From assembly GCA_965112155.1 (NCBI GenBank), contig OZ218100.1: a stretch of DNA of 64,000 nucleotides, one strand, 5' to 3'. Source of the DNA: Podarcis liolepis (Eukaryota). Below the pieces are notes generated by a model that was given only the letters and a program-made list of their open reading frames with translations, ran no database searches and was not told the origin of the DNA. How positions within the stretch are numbered: the stretch's first letter is position 1; each line of letters starts with the position of its first letter. The position numbers were made by a program, and so were the translations under genes. This document shows positions 36,937-49,800 of this stretch, piece after piece.

Positions 36937-36942
36937 AATAAA
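36937..36942 (+). terminator. Poly(A) signal candidate for the RGS-like gene (second AATAAA at 37184-37189)
   Basis: AATAAA ~270 nt after the stop. Confidence 0.5.
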
Positions 36943-36968
36943 GATTAAGTAGCAGCAATAGGCTTCAT

Positions 36969-36974
36969 TTTAAT
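36969..36974 (-). terminator. Poly(A) signal candidate (ATTAAA) for AARS2
   Basis: First AATAAA/ATTAAA I found on the minus strand after the AARS2 stop. Confidence 0.4.
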
Positions 36975-37732
36975 TATGCAATTAACAGTTTGTTGGTCAC
37001 AAAGCTTTTTTCCCTATTAGATGAAAAGGTTACTATGCATTCTGGGGAAATTATAATAAGATTCAGAGTCTCGAATATGACTTTTGATGGTGAAAGTTAT
37101 CTAGGCAATATAGAAACAATGATTTATGTAAAGTAGATTTCCTTTGTATATTGACAGAATTTCCTGATCGAAAGATCTGCATAAATAAAACAGCACAGGG
37201 CTGAAACCTCTGTTGCTAGACTGCTGAACAAACATATATATGCACAATATGGTAGCCTTACACTATGTTGGAATCAGCTACATTGAACGTTTGGCCTTGG
37301 TCTCCTGGGAAAGAGAGTTCCCATCTTTCCTCATCCCAAAGTGAATCACGAGTGTGCCTCTCTGCTATTCATTATCATAATGGCAATACTATAGTTACTT
37401 TCCTCTCACCAGGGTGCCCTCAGCCTCATTGATGGTCAGATTCATTATGTCACTGTCTGCTACCTTTCTCTGCATTTATGGGACAGTCTTGCTCCTCTCA
37501 CACCATTATCTGCAAATGCAATAATAATGTTTCATGAAGGACCAGATGGGCAAGTCCAGACTCTTCTGCCACCTCAATATTGCAAAAGAAGCTGCAGTCC
37601 AAGACAGATCTACTGTTCTGACTACAACAGGTACTGCTTAGCCACTGTAGACAGATCTTGTTAGCAATCGCAGCCAAGCAACTGTCCCATCTCGGTGTTC
37701 TTGCACAGACATGTTGACCTTGCAAGCAGGAA

Positions 37733-37897
37733 TCAGAGTTTGCTCTTTGCATATTCCAGAGCTGCTGTCAGAACTCCTTGCAAGTCACTGGTTGTCCCGC
37801 TGCCCTTGGCTACAACTCCAGAACCACCTGACTTGCCTCCCATTTGAGTGCAGACAGCCAGGGCCCAGTCAGCAGCAGAAAACACCGGCAAGGAACT
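37733..37897 (-). CDS. AARS2: AARS2 terminal exon 22 ([24 protein letters not shown]...SKL*)
   Basis: 165 nt including TGA; C-Ala domain GGKxGGS motif. Confidence 0.95.
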   Translation of the reverse strand, partial: SSLPVFSAADWALAVCTQMGGKSGGSGVVAKGSGTTSDLQGVLTAALEYAKSKL

Positions 37898-40800
37898 CTG
37901 GGGAAGAAGACCAAAGAATGGAAAAATTAGCTGAACTGCCAGGAATGGCCCAGTAGAGCAAATATGTAGGCAACTTGGTGTTAGTCATTCCAGTTCTGGA
38001 CTTTTTTTTTTTTTTTAAATAAAATTTTTATTGGTTTTACAAAATTTTTAAGAAAAACAAACAAACACTTAAAATGACAAACATACACGTATAGTTTCAA
38101 ACCTATTTTCATAGACCTCTTTTCTTGGACTTCCCCATACCCCCCCTCTCTGCATCCCAATGTCCATAATTCAACTAGCAACTCCCAATTGTTACTTTCC
38201 AATCTCTGTTATCTTAGTCCTCTTTTATATTCTAACCTTGTATCCCTGTACCCCTTTGTTTCTGGAAACCACAACATTTTAACATTCATTAAGTTTATAG
38301 TAGTCCTTAAGATAACTTTTAAATTTTCTCCATTCTTCTTCCACCGTCTCTTTTCGTTGGTCACGGATTCTGCCTGTCATCTCGGCCGATGTCATATAGT
38401 CCATCACTTTCATCTGCCATTCTTCCAGAGTGGGTAAATCTTGCGTCTTCCAATACTTTGCGATGAGTATTCTTGCTGCTGTTGTAGCATACATGAAAAA
38501 AGTTCTATCCTTCTTTGTCACCAATTGGCCGACGATGTCCAAGAGAAAGGCCTCTGGTTTTTTAGAAAAGGTACATTTGAGTACCTTTTTCATTTCATTA
38601 TAGATCATTTCCCAGAAGGCCTTAATCTTCGGGCATGTCCACCAAAGGTGGTAAAAGGTACCTTCAGTCTCTTTACACTTCCAACATTTGTTATCGGGCA
38701 AATGATAAATTTTTGCCAGCTTGACTGGGGTCATGTACCACCTATAAACCATTTTCATGATGTTTTCCTTTAAGGCATTACATGCCGTAAACTTAATGCC
38801 GGTGTTCCATAACCATTCCCAGTCAGCTGACATAATGTTATGTCCAACATCCTGTGCCCACTTAATCATAGCCGATTTAACTGTTTCATCCTGTGTATTC
38901 CATTTCAGCAACAAGTTATACATTCTAGATAAATTCTTAGTGTTGGGTTCTAACAGTTCGGTTTCTAATTTTGATTTTTCCATCTGGAAACCGATTTTCC
39001 TGTCCTGTTTGAAAAATTCCACTATTTGACGATATTGAAACCAATTTTGTACTTTATGTTTCAATTTCTCATGACTTTGTAGTTTGAACTTATCTCCATC
39101 CTGTTCTAAAATTTCCCAATACTTCGGCCATCCGACCTCCATATTGAGTTTCTTCACTGCTTTAGCCTCCACTGGTGACACCCATCTAGGGGTTTTATTT
39201 TCCAATAGATCTTTATATCTTATCCAAACATTAAACAAAGCTTTTCTGACAATGTGATTTTTAAAGGTACTGTTAACTTTGTCGTACCAAAGATATGCAT
39301 GCCAGCCAAAAGCATTATTAAAACCTTCCAGATCCAAGATGTCCGTGTTCTCGAGGAGCATCCATTCTTTCAGCCAGCAGAAAGCTGCTGCCTCATAGTA
39401 CAATTTTAAGTCCGGCAGTGCAAAACCCCCTCTTTCTTTAACGTCTGTCAATATTTTAAATTTAATTCTGGGCTTTTTGCCCTGCCAGACAAATTTCGAA
39501 ATGTCTTTCTGCCACCTCTTAAAACATTCCATCTTGTCAAGAATCTGCAAGGTCTGAAACAAAAATAGCATTCTAGGCAATACATTCATTTTGATCACAG
39601 CAATTCGGCCTAACATTGACAGTTTCATTCCAGTTCTGGACTTTTGTTACTCAAAGCTGATAGACTGGCAACATTACAGGTGCAAAACCTTACATTCACA
39701 GAATGTGCATATTATGCACTCTTAATGGATTCACTGCACACATGCAGAACCTGTATCTGATACAGAAATTTGCATGCAGAAACTTTAGATTTCCTTAAAG
39801 TTCAGAGCATGGGGTTTAAATGTCCTCTGCCATGGCTATGATTTCTTGCACCTCTATGGTTGTCTAATTCCAACCTCTATCCTCCTCTTTGCAATTTCTC
39901 CCTTTTAGGCTGAGTACAGAATTTGTCTTTCCTTGGTTGTGAAACCTTATCTAGACCCAGTCAAGGAAAGACCATCAAGCAGTGGGCTTTGTGTTTTCTA
40001 TTTATTCAAACTGTTACGGCAATGACCATCTGCAATGGTTTTTCCACCACTTAATGAAAGCACAAGCGCCAAAATTCAAAACTTATGTTCTGCAATAGGA
40101 AACAGTTACAGTATGAGGCTCCTGCATTCCATGTTCCAGAGAACAGTGGCAGCTATTAGCCAAGGGGTAGGATCCTGCTTACCTTGGATACCTGGCAGGC
40201 GCAGAACACCTGTCCAGAAGCTTGTGGACTTAGCAACATCACTGAGGACCCTGGTACCTTGTCACATAACTGGTTGACCACTTTCATCAGGACCTAGAAA
40301 GAGCATAAGTTAAAATAAAATTCCTTCTGTTTGCTACACTTAAATGCTCCCTCAAAGACCTGCAATGTCCTGCCACAACAAGTTGGACTTGCTCACAGGT
40401 AGCTGATCCAGCTTAGCCCTTGTTGCCTGTTACCTTTGATTTCCAAAAGAAATGCACAACTGGTAGAAACTTACTGAGGGCGATTCAACAGGGATGGTAT
40501 CTATGATGACTGGCTGGTTGGAATACTTGGCTAGCAGGTCATCTGCTTTCTCTGCAGCCTGGAAAAAAAGGGGGGGGATGCAGTCAGCAGTGCACTGTGT
40601 AGCAGACATAAAATTTGTGCCATAGGCGAGAAAATGCTTCCAAATGCACATCCACATCTCTGCCAAGCACCATTTTAAAAAATGATGCCCAGGGGACATG
40701 TTTGTTTTACCCACAGGAGCTATTCCTAGCAACAATTTTCCTAGGTATCTTAAGGGGGATGGGGCAGGAAAATTTAGCACCAATTTACACCTTGGCTTCT

Positions 40801-43800
40801 TTAATGAAGCTGCACTTATTTGACCAAAACCATTGCCAAGTTTGGTAAGGACTGCTCTTCTCTTTCAATACGGAGCTTATTTAGGAATCTTCCTAAAATT
40901 TTAATGTTGCTCCTTTTAATGAGTACTATCTAACTGTTCTGGCTGGGAAGTTAGATTTGAAACAGGCAGGCAGTATATGTAAGAAATTTCAGTGTCCAGG
41001 GGTTAGAGGAACCAACTCTGCTCTTTCTGCTTCAGGCTCATGGCACGCCCAGCTGTCATTTCACCACAGCTTTCTTTCCTCTCAAGAAAGCTAGCGTCCA
41101 TTCTGAAAAAGCGCCAGATTTGGCAGAATCTCCAGTATCAGAAGAGATGTAAAACAGTCAACTTAAGCAAAAAATTTCAAGTTTATATAAATGTGGAAAT
41201 TTTTTTTGCATAAATTTGTTTGCAAAAAAATTGAATTGAGTTTTCTTAGTGCAAATGTTAGGCTTTTTTGATACAAAAAAGTGAAGAGTACACAACAAGC
41301 AGCGTGCCAGACTCTCCATTCATTTCTCCCTGACACGCACACCCTGCCTCTCAACTGTGGCAAACGGAAGGCCAACCAGCTCTAGGAAGCTTCCTTCCTT
41401 CATGTATGCCAGAAAGAGCACTCGGTTCTTCAGAGCTTGAGGGGAACTGTGCTTGGAAGCCATTCATCAGGGAGTGGACTAAGCTTGCTTTAAAAGCAAT
41501 TGATTAGATAACATTAGATAACAGAGCTGCTTAGAGTTCTTTTTCTCTACAGAAAAGTTTGGTAATAAATTCACTCCTTTGAAAAGGACAAGCTTCCCAT
41601 ACTTCTGTCATGCCTGCAGATTACAAGGCTGATCTGCTGCTGGATTCTTACCAGTCTGATTTCCAGTTTTCTAACTGCTGTGTTGGCTGTTCGCTGCAGA
41701 GTTTTAAGAGTGGCCTGCAGCTCTCTTTTCTGCCACTGAGGTATTGTGGTACTGTCCACGATCTGCAAAACAAATTGGCTCTGTTACCTGTACATGCTTG
41801 TGACTGCCGGGGGGGGGGGGGGATAAAAAGATGCTCCAGGGATGCAGCTGAAGAGAGGAATTTTGACTCCTATGACCAGAAGAATGAAGCCTGTCTCCTA
41901 GCAAAAGAGCCTCAATTACGACTAGCCCTTTGGATGTGATGGACATGCATACAAAGTATGAACCATGTAGTACATTGCAGTGCTATCAACTGAGAGCTCT
42001 CCAATACTGGAGCTGTGCTCCCGTTACTGGTCATTATTTTATTTAAAAATTAAGGGAAGGGAGGATAGGACAGTGGCAGAAGTCACTTAGACGGAAGAAG
42101 AGGAGACGAGGAGGTGGAAGAACAAAAGACCATGAAAGTTGCATGTGATTTTTAGGTAGCACTATATACTTCTGATTTTATCACATATTAACCCCAATAT
42201 CTCCCCAAAATGCTGAAGCTATAAAAAACATAAGGGCACATTGGTGGTGAGAGTATTATTCAGTGGCAGCTATGGTGTACCTAGAAATTAAATTAAATTT
42301 AATATAACAAAACAAGATTATTATTTTTAACTACATTTATATAGCACCATTCTCATAGAATTGTTGAAAATTGACTAAAAATAAAAGTGCACTAGAGGAT
42401 AAACAAAGATTCATACGCAACTACTTGGCAAAAATTATTTTGTATATAAATGATGGTAACAATGTTCGAATGACTCCTGTGAAATACGATACTGTTTGGA
42501 ATCCTTACTAAGTTTTCAGCTTCAAGTGAGAATTTTGTAAGACCTTGAGGACAGTATTTTAATATACTTTTTTAAGCAAATCTTTTTTAAGAAAAAGAAT
42601 GTTACCACCCTCCAGCATAAATAACTATTGTTTTTTTCCCACAGGGATAGTGAATGAAATGATCCAAATGTGTATTTTTTTGGGTGGTGGTGTATTTAGT
42701 TTTCATTCAATTGTGTGTGTGTGTGTTTTTTATGTCACTGCATTATATGCTTTTGATCAAATAAAAAGAAATACCATTTAAAAAAACAACAACCCAAAAC
42801 CCAAAGTGGAGGATAGGCAGTGTTTTATTTCTATTGTGCAGGGCCACGCAGATGGGCTTTTGAGGGAGGGAGTTCATAAGACCTCAACATATTCTTCATT
42901 ACAGGGCAGAGCACCCAGACACCTCACCCTCTATGCCATGAAACACAGGGCAGCCAGGCTGATACGGTCACTAGAAGGTGAAATAAAAGCCTCTTTCAGG
43001 GAAAGTTAGCCATTATTTCAACTTCAACAGGAATCCTAGAACGAGGAATGAGCAGGGAAACACGTCCTCAAGAAGCATTCGAAAACCTTTCTTGAGCCCT
43101 TGTTAGGGGGAGGGAGAAAGTACTCACAATGGTCAGCTGGCCAACTTCTTTGGAGAGTCTCTGGGCCTCGTTGATCACGGTTCCTCCCAGTTTCACTCGC
43201 ACCGTGAGGGAGTCCACTTCCTTAGCCAAAGTCTGGCCAGCTTCCCGAGCCTAAGAGAGTAATAAAAATGTCTGACCCCTTTCGGCAGAAACCATACAAA
43301 GGGCAAGAGGTTGTGTTTGCAATTCAAAGGGCATAACCATTTTCAGTCACAAGCCTGTTGGGAGTTTATTTCTGGGGCTAGAGCCCTGGGCATTGTGCAA
43401 TTACTAGATTAGGTTTATGTGACTGCTAATTAACTTTGTTGAGCTAGAGATAGTATCTCAAATTATGCTGGATATTTGTCACCACTAATACATGCTGGCT
43501 CAGAAACAAAGCAAAAAATAGGGAGACAGATTCTTTTCCGAAAGTGCTCAGTGACAGAGTGAAATTAGAGTTATTTCCCTCCACGCCAATTTGCCTTTGG
43601 GATTATTTGATATACCACACAGGGAGCACACAATCCCCTCAGAAATTGTAGCCTATGGCAAGAGAAAGAGAAGTCAGTCTACTGGTCCATCTAGCTCAGT
43701 ACTGACTGACACTGACTGGCAGCAGCTCTTCAGGGTTTCAGACAGGGGTCTCCTCCAGCCCTACCTGGAAGGACCAGGGATTGAACCTGGGACCTTCTGC

Positions 43801-46800
43801 ATGCAAGTGTGTACTCTGCTGCTGAGCTATGGACCTTTGTTGCTGAGACCCACCCTGAGAACATGGTTATAGGAAATATGTGGTTTTAGGGAGGACACAG
43901 CTATAGGGAGCCATAACACACACAGACACACACCCCTCCCTATCCAGGCAAGCAAGAGGGATGACTTCAGTTTAAGGACACTCCGGCTAGGCAAAAGCAC
44001 TGAAGGAAGGGGTAGAGAGCAAGCGCAGTGAGGAGTCTGGTCTGGGAAGAGTCCCAAGGGCCAGAGAGACACATTAAGCCCCTGGGCCTGAGTTCCCTCA
44101 ACTGTTTTAAACAAGTAGATAAATATTTGTGGCATTCATTCCACAAATTGTGGTTTTGCACAAAGATAAAAGGCACATGGGGTGGATTAAAAAAAGAGAG
44201 AGGAGCCCTGATGATTCTATTTGTTTTACTGATCTGCTCTTCATCTGATCGGTTCCTATCATAATGAGAAGCTGATCTCATTCCTTCTCGCCTGCTAGGC
44301 TCCATGCGACCGAAAGATGGAAGGGAGCCAATCCACTTTCTCCAGCTCTGAAGTAAGCTAGTATTTCAAAGACCTTGATGGTGCCACCAAATTAGAAAAT
44401 CAGAGGACAAGAGAAAGTCAACCACTTCTAGACGAGGTTTCCGGTTATACAGTATGCCCATCGATGCTCCTCAGCAAAAAGCCAGGTCCTTTTTAAAAAA
44501 TAAAAAAAGCTTGGGCTGTCACAAATTTCTGCCACACTTTTTATGGATACTCAAAGCAGAAGATCAAAAGAGTCCAGAATAACCAACTGTGTGAACAGGC
44601 CTAGCAGCTGCTGGAGCAGCTTCTTGCTGGAAACCATGGGAGGAGAGGGTGCATTTGTGCTCATGTTCTGCTTGCATCCGGCTGGCCACAGTGAGAACAG
44701 GATTCTGGATTCGATGGGCCATTGGCCTGATCCAGCACTCTTATGTCCTTACTTAGGAAGCACCCTAACAGCTTGGTCTTTACCACTCAACTATGCAGTA
44801 CTGTTTTCTGCATGATTTGTGTGCTACATCTGGGACAGGGATGGGGAACCTGTGGCCCTCCAAATGCCGGGGGGGGGGGGGGAGACTCCATTTCTCATGA
44901 GCCTCAGCTCATGTCAGGGAAGATGGTCGTGTAATCCAGCAACACCTGGGGGCAAGGGGAGAAGAAGTTCCGCTCCCCTGACCTAGGAACAGTATGCAAA
45001 TAGCATTCTACATCAAAGCGGTTGTCCGAATCTGCTTGGACCAACAGAAGAATTAAGCTCCAGTTGCAGGAAATCAGTAGCTGTAGGAGCAGAGCAAGCA
45101 CATAACTGCCTACTCTGGCTTCTCGCTGCAAGATGTGCTTTGAGTTATCGCTGTAGCTGCTTCCATCTGCTTAGCAAACACAAGCCTGAATGAGAACAGC
45201 TCCCTTCAGAAATAAACATAAAAGGGAGCTGCAGGTGAACATGAACCACTGACACAAAGCTGCCTCGGGTCAGCGCTTTCAGTAATCTGCGCCAGCCTGC
45301 CCTGAAGCTTTCTCTCCTCCGTGGCAGGCTGAACCTTGTCAAAAATGTAACAGTGGAGGAGATGACTAGACAAGCAGCACAAGTGCCAGAGGAAAATACG
45401 ACTCTCAGGAATAATGTAATCTTTTGCTGCCAACAGCCAAGGGGAGGGAAGACAATGCTGCTTGCCCACCTAGCAGGCACCTAAGTTCACGGGGCCTTTT
45501 TGCTCTGAAGCTGCCAGATGCAGTTAGTGATCCGCAAGAGCCAGAGCAAAATAGGAATGACCAGCAAAGTTTGAGGGGGTGGGGAAAGAGAGAGAAGAGG
45601 GGTCAAGGGAATCGAAATAAGAGAAGGAGCAGGAGCTGTTAGTCAAAAGCTAGCTAACGTGGAATGCTATGACCCTGTTTCAAAAAGGAAGTGGAGTACT
45701 ACAAAAAGCAGCAGTAGAAAAGGATGTTGAAAGAGCTCTGTTTGTGTCTCACAATGTGCTTGCTCAGTCCTGGAAGACATCTCCTTAATGGTCAGAGCCA
45801 GAGAGAGACCTGTATGAAGCTTCCAGTAATCAGGCAGAGAAGCTTCTATGCCCTGCAGAGCTCCTTGTTTGCTTATACACACTCTCTGTGGTCTACCCTA
45901 CTCGCCACCCATACAGAATGACCCCACTTGCTTTCACAATCACAGCCTCCGCCACAATGAATGATAACACAAATGAGGCGAACTTGCCCGATTGATTGAT
46001 TCTGAGTTGCTGAATTTGGAGATGGCGAGGGTGAAGCAAGGGCACAAGGTTCTGGCATTCCTGCCGTGAGATCAGGGGTGAAGGCCAACCAGTGCATCTG
46101 CTTGTGAGCAGCAGAATAGAGGCAACTGGTGAAAAATAATTGCAAGTGTTTGTGATTGCGGCAGGCAGGCGGGTGAAGCACTCTAGGAGCCCTCTGAAGA
46201 TCTTGCAGTGAAGCAGAGCAAAAGAGCAGCAGACAACCTGTGCACATCTGCAACATCAGACAAAAGCATTCCAGCCTTACTTGCTTGGCTTGCTCTCTGG
46301 TCACTGCAACAATATGGCTGATTCCTTTAACCAGCTGCCGCTCAGAAACGATAGTGAAGTCTTGTACATCTCCTGTCTGCAGAAGGTGCCTAGACAAGAG
46401 AAACAAATGGCAGGTGTCAGCATTGCCATCAAATTCCCCTTTTTATTTTGGAAAGGGGTTATAACTCAATGGAAGAGTACAAGTGTTGTGTACATAAAGA
46501 TTTCAGAGTGAACCCCTACCATCTCTCCCATTAAAAAGAATTCCTGGCAACAGGTGGGAAAGACCTTCAGGAGACACTGTCAGTCAAGGAAGTCCGTAGT
46601 GTGCTGAAGAGAGAGCAGATCCTGGCATCTCACACCAGCTGTTTACTACATGCAATGTCACAATTGTGCTCTTTGGATTTCAAGTGCTTGCAAGAAACGT
46701 ACATACTTTATGCTCTCTGATACTCAAGTAATTCATTTGCTGGAGATGATAAATAGCCAAGGTGAAAAGAAGAAAAAATATAATTCTGCATTTCAACAGC

Positions 46801-49800
46801 GCTTTTAAAAATCAGCCCCTTTGCCAATATAGCAAGAATGAATCACCTTCATGTTACTAACGAAGCTACAAAGAAATGGGAAGTGGCTGACCCACCAGAA
46901 TGCATTTAGTAACTACTAGGTATGGGTCTTTTAATCAACAAACAATACTGGCTGCTTATAAGGTGGTCAGAAATCATATGTAAAACTGTATCAAAGCAAT
47001 GATGCAGATGCTGGCCTTCCCCTTGGGCCTGAGGACAGCTATGATTAAGGAAGGGGAAAGAGAGCCAGTTCAGAGGCACCCAGTAAAGGGTTGCTAGAAA
47101 ATGTTTCTCTTATCTGAGAGAAATTAAGAGGAAGAATGACACTTACGTTCCGCAGCAGAGCTCCACGGAGGTGGACGTGGCATCTTTAGACTCCGCAGCC
47201 AACACTCTTTCCACTGGAACCCCTATGGATACTACTCGCACCAGATCTGGGTACACCTGAAAGAGGGGAGGGCAGGAAGGAAGGAAGGCAGGATGGATTA
47301 TCTGCAGAGTTATAAGGCTGTGGCAAACTAAACCAAAAGAAGCAGCTACATACTGCAGCCTGGTATGGTAGACAGAGGTGGCCAGGGTATAGCACGCAGG
47401 CTGGAAGAGGAAGGATGGAGTGTGCTGCCTCTCCTAACATAAGAAAAGTCTGCTAGAATCAGGCCAATGGCCCATCTAGCACAGCATCCTGCTCTCTCAG
47501 CAACCAACCAGATGCCTGTTGGATGTTCACAACCAGAAGCACGGGAGTGCTCTGCCAACCTGCAATTCAAAGCAAGTGGAGACAGAACATTGCCACTGTG
47601 ACTACTAATGAGGAGGTACGGCTCGTAGTCACAGTGGCCATGTTCTATCTCCAGTTGCTTGGAATTGCAGGTGGACAGAGGACAGCTGTCGAATCCTCTT
47701 TTACAGCCATCCAAGTTGGCGGCCATCACTGTCTCCTATGGGAGCGGATTCCACAGTGAATGACGACTTCCTTTCACCTGTCCTGAATCTTCCAACCATT
47801 AACTTTGTAGGCTGTCCACAAGTTCTAGTGTTGGGACAGAGGGAGAAAACCTCCTCTCTGCCCACTTTCTCCATGGCATGCATCATTTCACGAACTTGGG
47901 GTGGCGCTTGGGGGGGAATTGTCATCACGCCACTCCTTGGTGTGTGGAGTGCCTCAGGGTGCAATTCTCTCCCCGATGCTTTTTAACATCTTTATGCGCC
48001 CCCTCGCCCAGCTTGTCCGGAGTTTTGGGCTGGGTTGCCATCAGTATGCTGATGACACCCAACTCTATCTGTTGATGGATGGCCATCCTGACTCGGCCCC
48101 AGACACGCTGACCAGATGTCTGGAAGCGGTGGCTGGATGGTTACGTGGGAGCCGGTTGAAGTTAAATCCTTCGAAGACAGAGGTCCTCTGGCTGGGGCGG
48201 GACGATATGGGATCGAGGGGGCAACTCCCATCTCTTGCGGGGGTGCAATTAGTGCCAGCACCGTCCGTTAAGAGTTTGGGTGTAATCTTCGATACCTCCC
48301 TCTCTATGGAGTCGCAGATTACAGCTATAACAAAGGCGGCATTTTTTCATCTCCGCCAAGCTAAGCAGTTGGCCCCTTATCTCTCTCGTCCTGACCTAGC
48401 CACTGTGATCCATGCGACGGTCACCTCCAGACTGGATTATTGTAACTCGCTCTACGTGGGGCTGCCCTTGAGACTGACCCAGAAACTCCAGCGGGTGCAG
48501 AATGCCGCGGCGAGACTCCTTATGGGGTCTTCGCTGCGAGAGCACATTCATCCGGTATTATACCAGCTGCACTGGCTCCCGGTGGAGTACAGGATCAGGT
48601 TTAAGGTGCTGGTTTTAACCTTTAAAGCCCTATACGGCCTAGGACCCTCGTACCTATGGGACCGCCTCTCCTGGTATGCCCCACAGAGAAACCTACGGTC
48701 TGCAAATAATAACATCCTCAAGGTCCCAGGCCTCAGAGAGGTTAGGCTGGCCTCAACTAGAGCCAGGGCCTTCTCGGCTGCGGCTCCAAACTGGTGGAAT
48801 GCTCTGTCACAAGAGACTAGGGCCCTGCGGGACCTGACATCTTTCCGCAGGGCCTGCAAGACAGAGTTGTTCCGCCAGGCTTTTGGTCAGGGCGCAGCCT
48901 GACTCCCTCCTCTGGCAACCTGCACAGAATTTTGTTTAATCGGTTGCCATCAATTTGATTTTAACTAATTTTTATAATGAAATATTTTTAGAATGTGTTA
49001 TTATTTGATTGTTTATTTGATTGTTGTTAGCCGCCCTGAGCCCGGCTTTGGCTGGGGAGGGCGGGATATAAATAAAAATTATTATTATTATTATTATTAT
49101 TCTATCATGTCGCCTCTTACTCGCCTTTTCTCTAAACTCAAATGGTTGCAGTACTGCAACCTTTCCTCATAGGGGGATTTCTCCATCCCCTTGATCACTT
49201 GGGTTGTGCTTTTCTGAACCTTCTTCCAACCCTGCAGTATCCTTTTTGAGGAGAAGTGACCAGAATTGTACACAGTATCCTAAGCGTGGCTGCCCCGTAG
49301 ATTTGTGTAACAGCATTATGATACTGGCAGTTTTATTTTCAGTCCCTTTCCTAATGACCCCTAGCGTGGAATTTGCCCTTTTCACAGCTGAAGCACACTG
49401 AGTCAAGCAGAGAAACCAAGTGGATTGTAGGAGGAGGGAAGCCCCTTCCACCAGCCTCCAGAAGTCTAATAAATCATTTTTGCAGGCTAGTTTGTAGGGT
49501 TATTTACAAGGCTAGGATACAGCACTGCAAAAGCTGCATAAAGGTTGTAAACTGATGCCAGATTGTGCTCTTATGTGAAGAAGTGCTTACGACTGGACCC
49601 CACTGCTGGGCAGTTTCCCTGGGTGACACCAATTGTCACCCCACCAGCTGCATGGTTGCCACTGGTCACTGTCCTCCCCGACTTACTTCATTTAGTTTCC
49701 GGAGTCCTTGCACAGCACTCGCCAGCTTGATGGGAGCTTCTCCGGTATAGACCACCTCATTCCTTTTGATCACCTCCTGGATCACACTTTCTACGTCTAG

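Noticed and set aside
38279-48902. 449-aa and 333-aa ORFs as host genes
   Set aside because: They are truncated L1 and L2 ORF2 fragments with retroposon tails.
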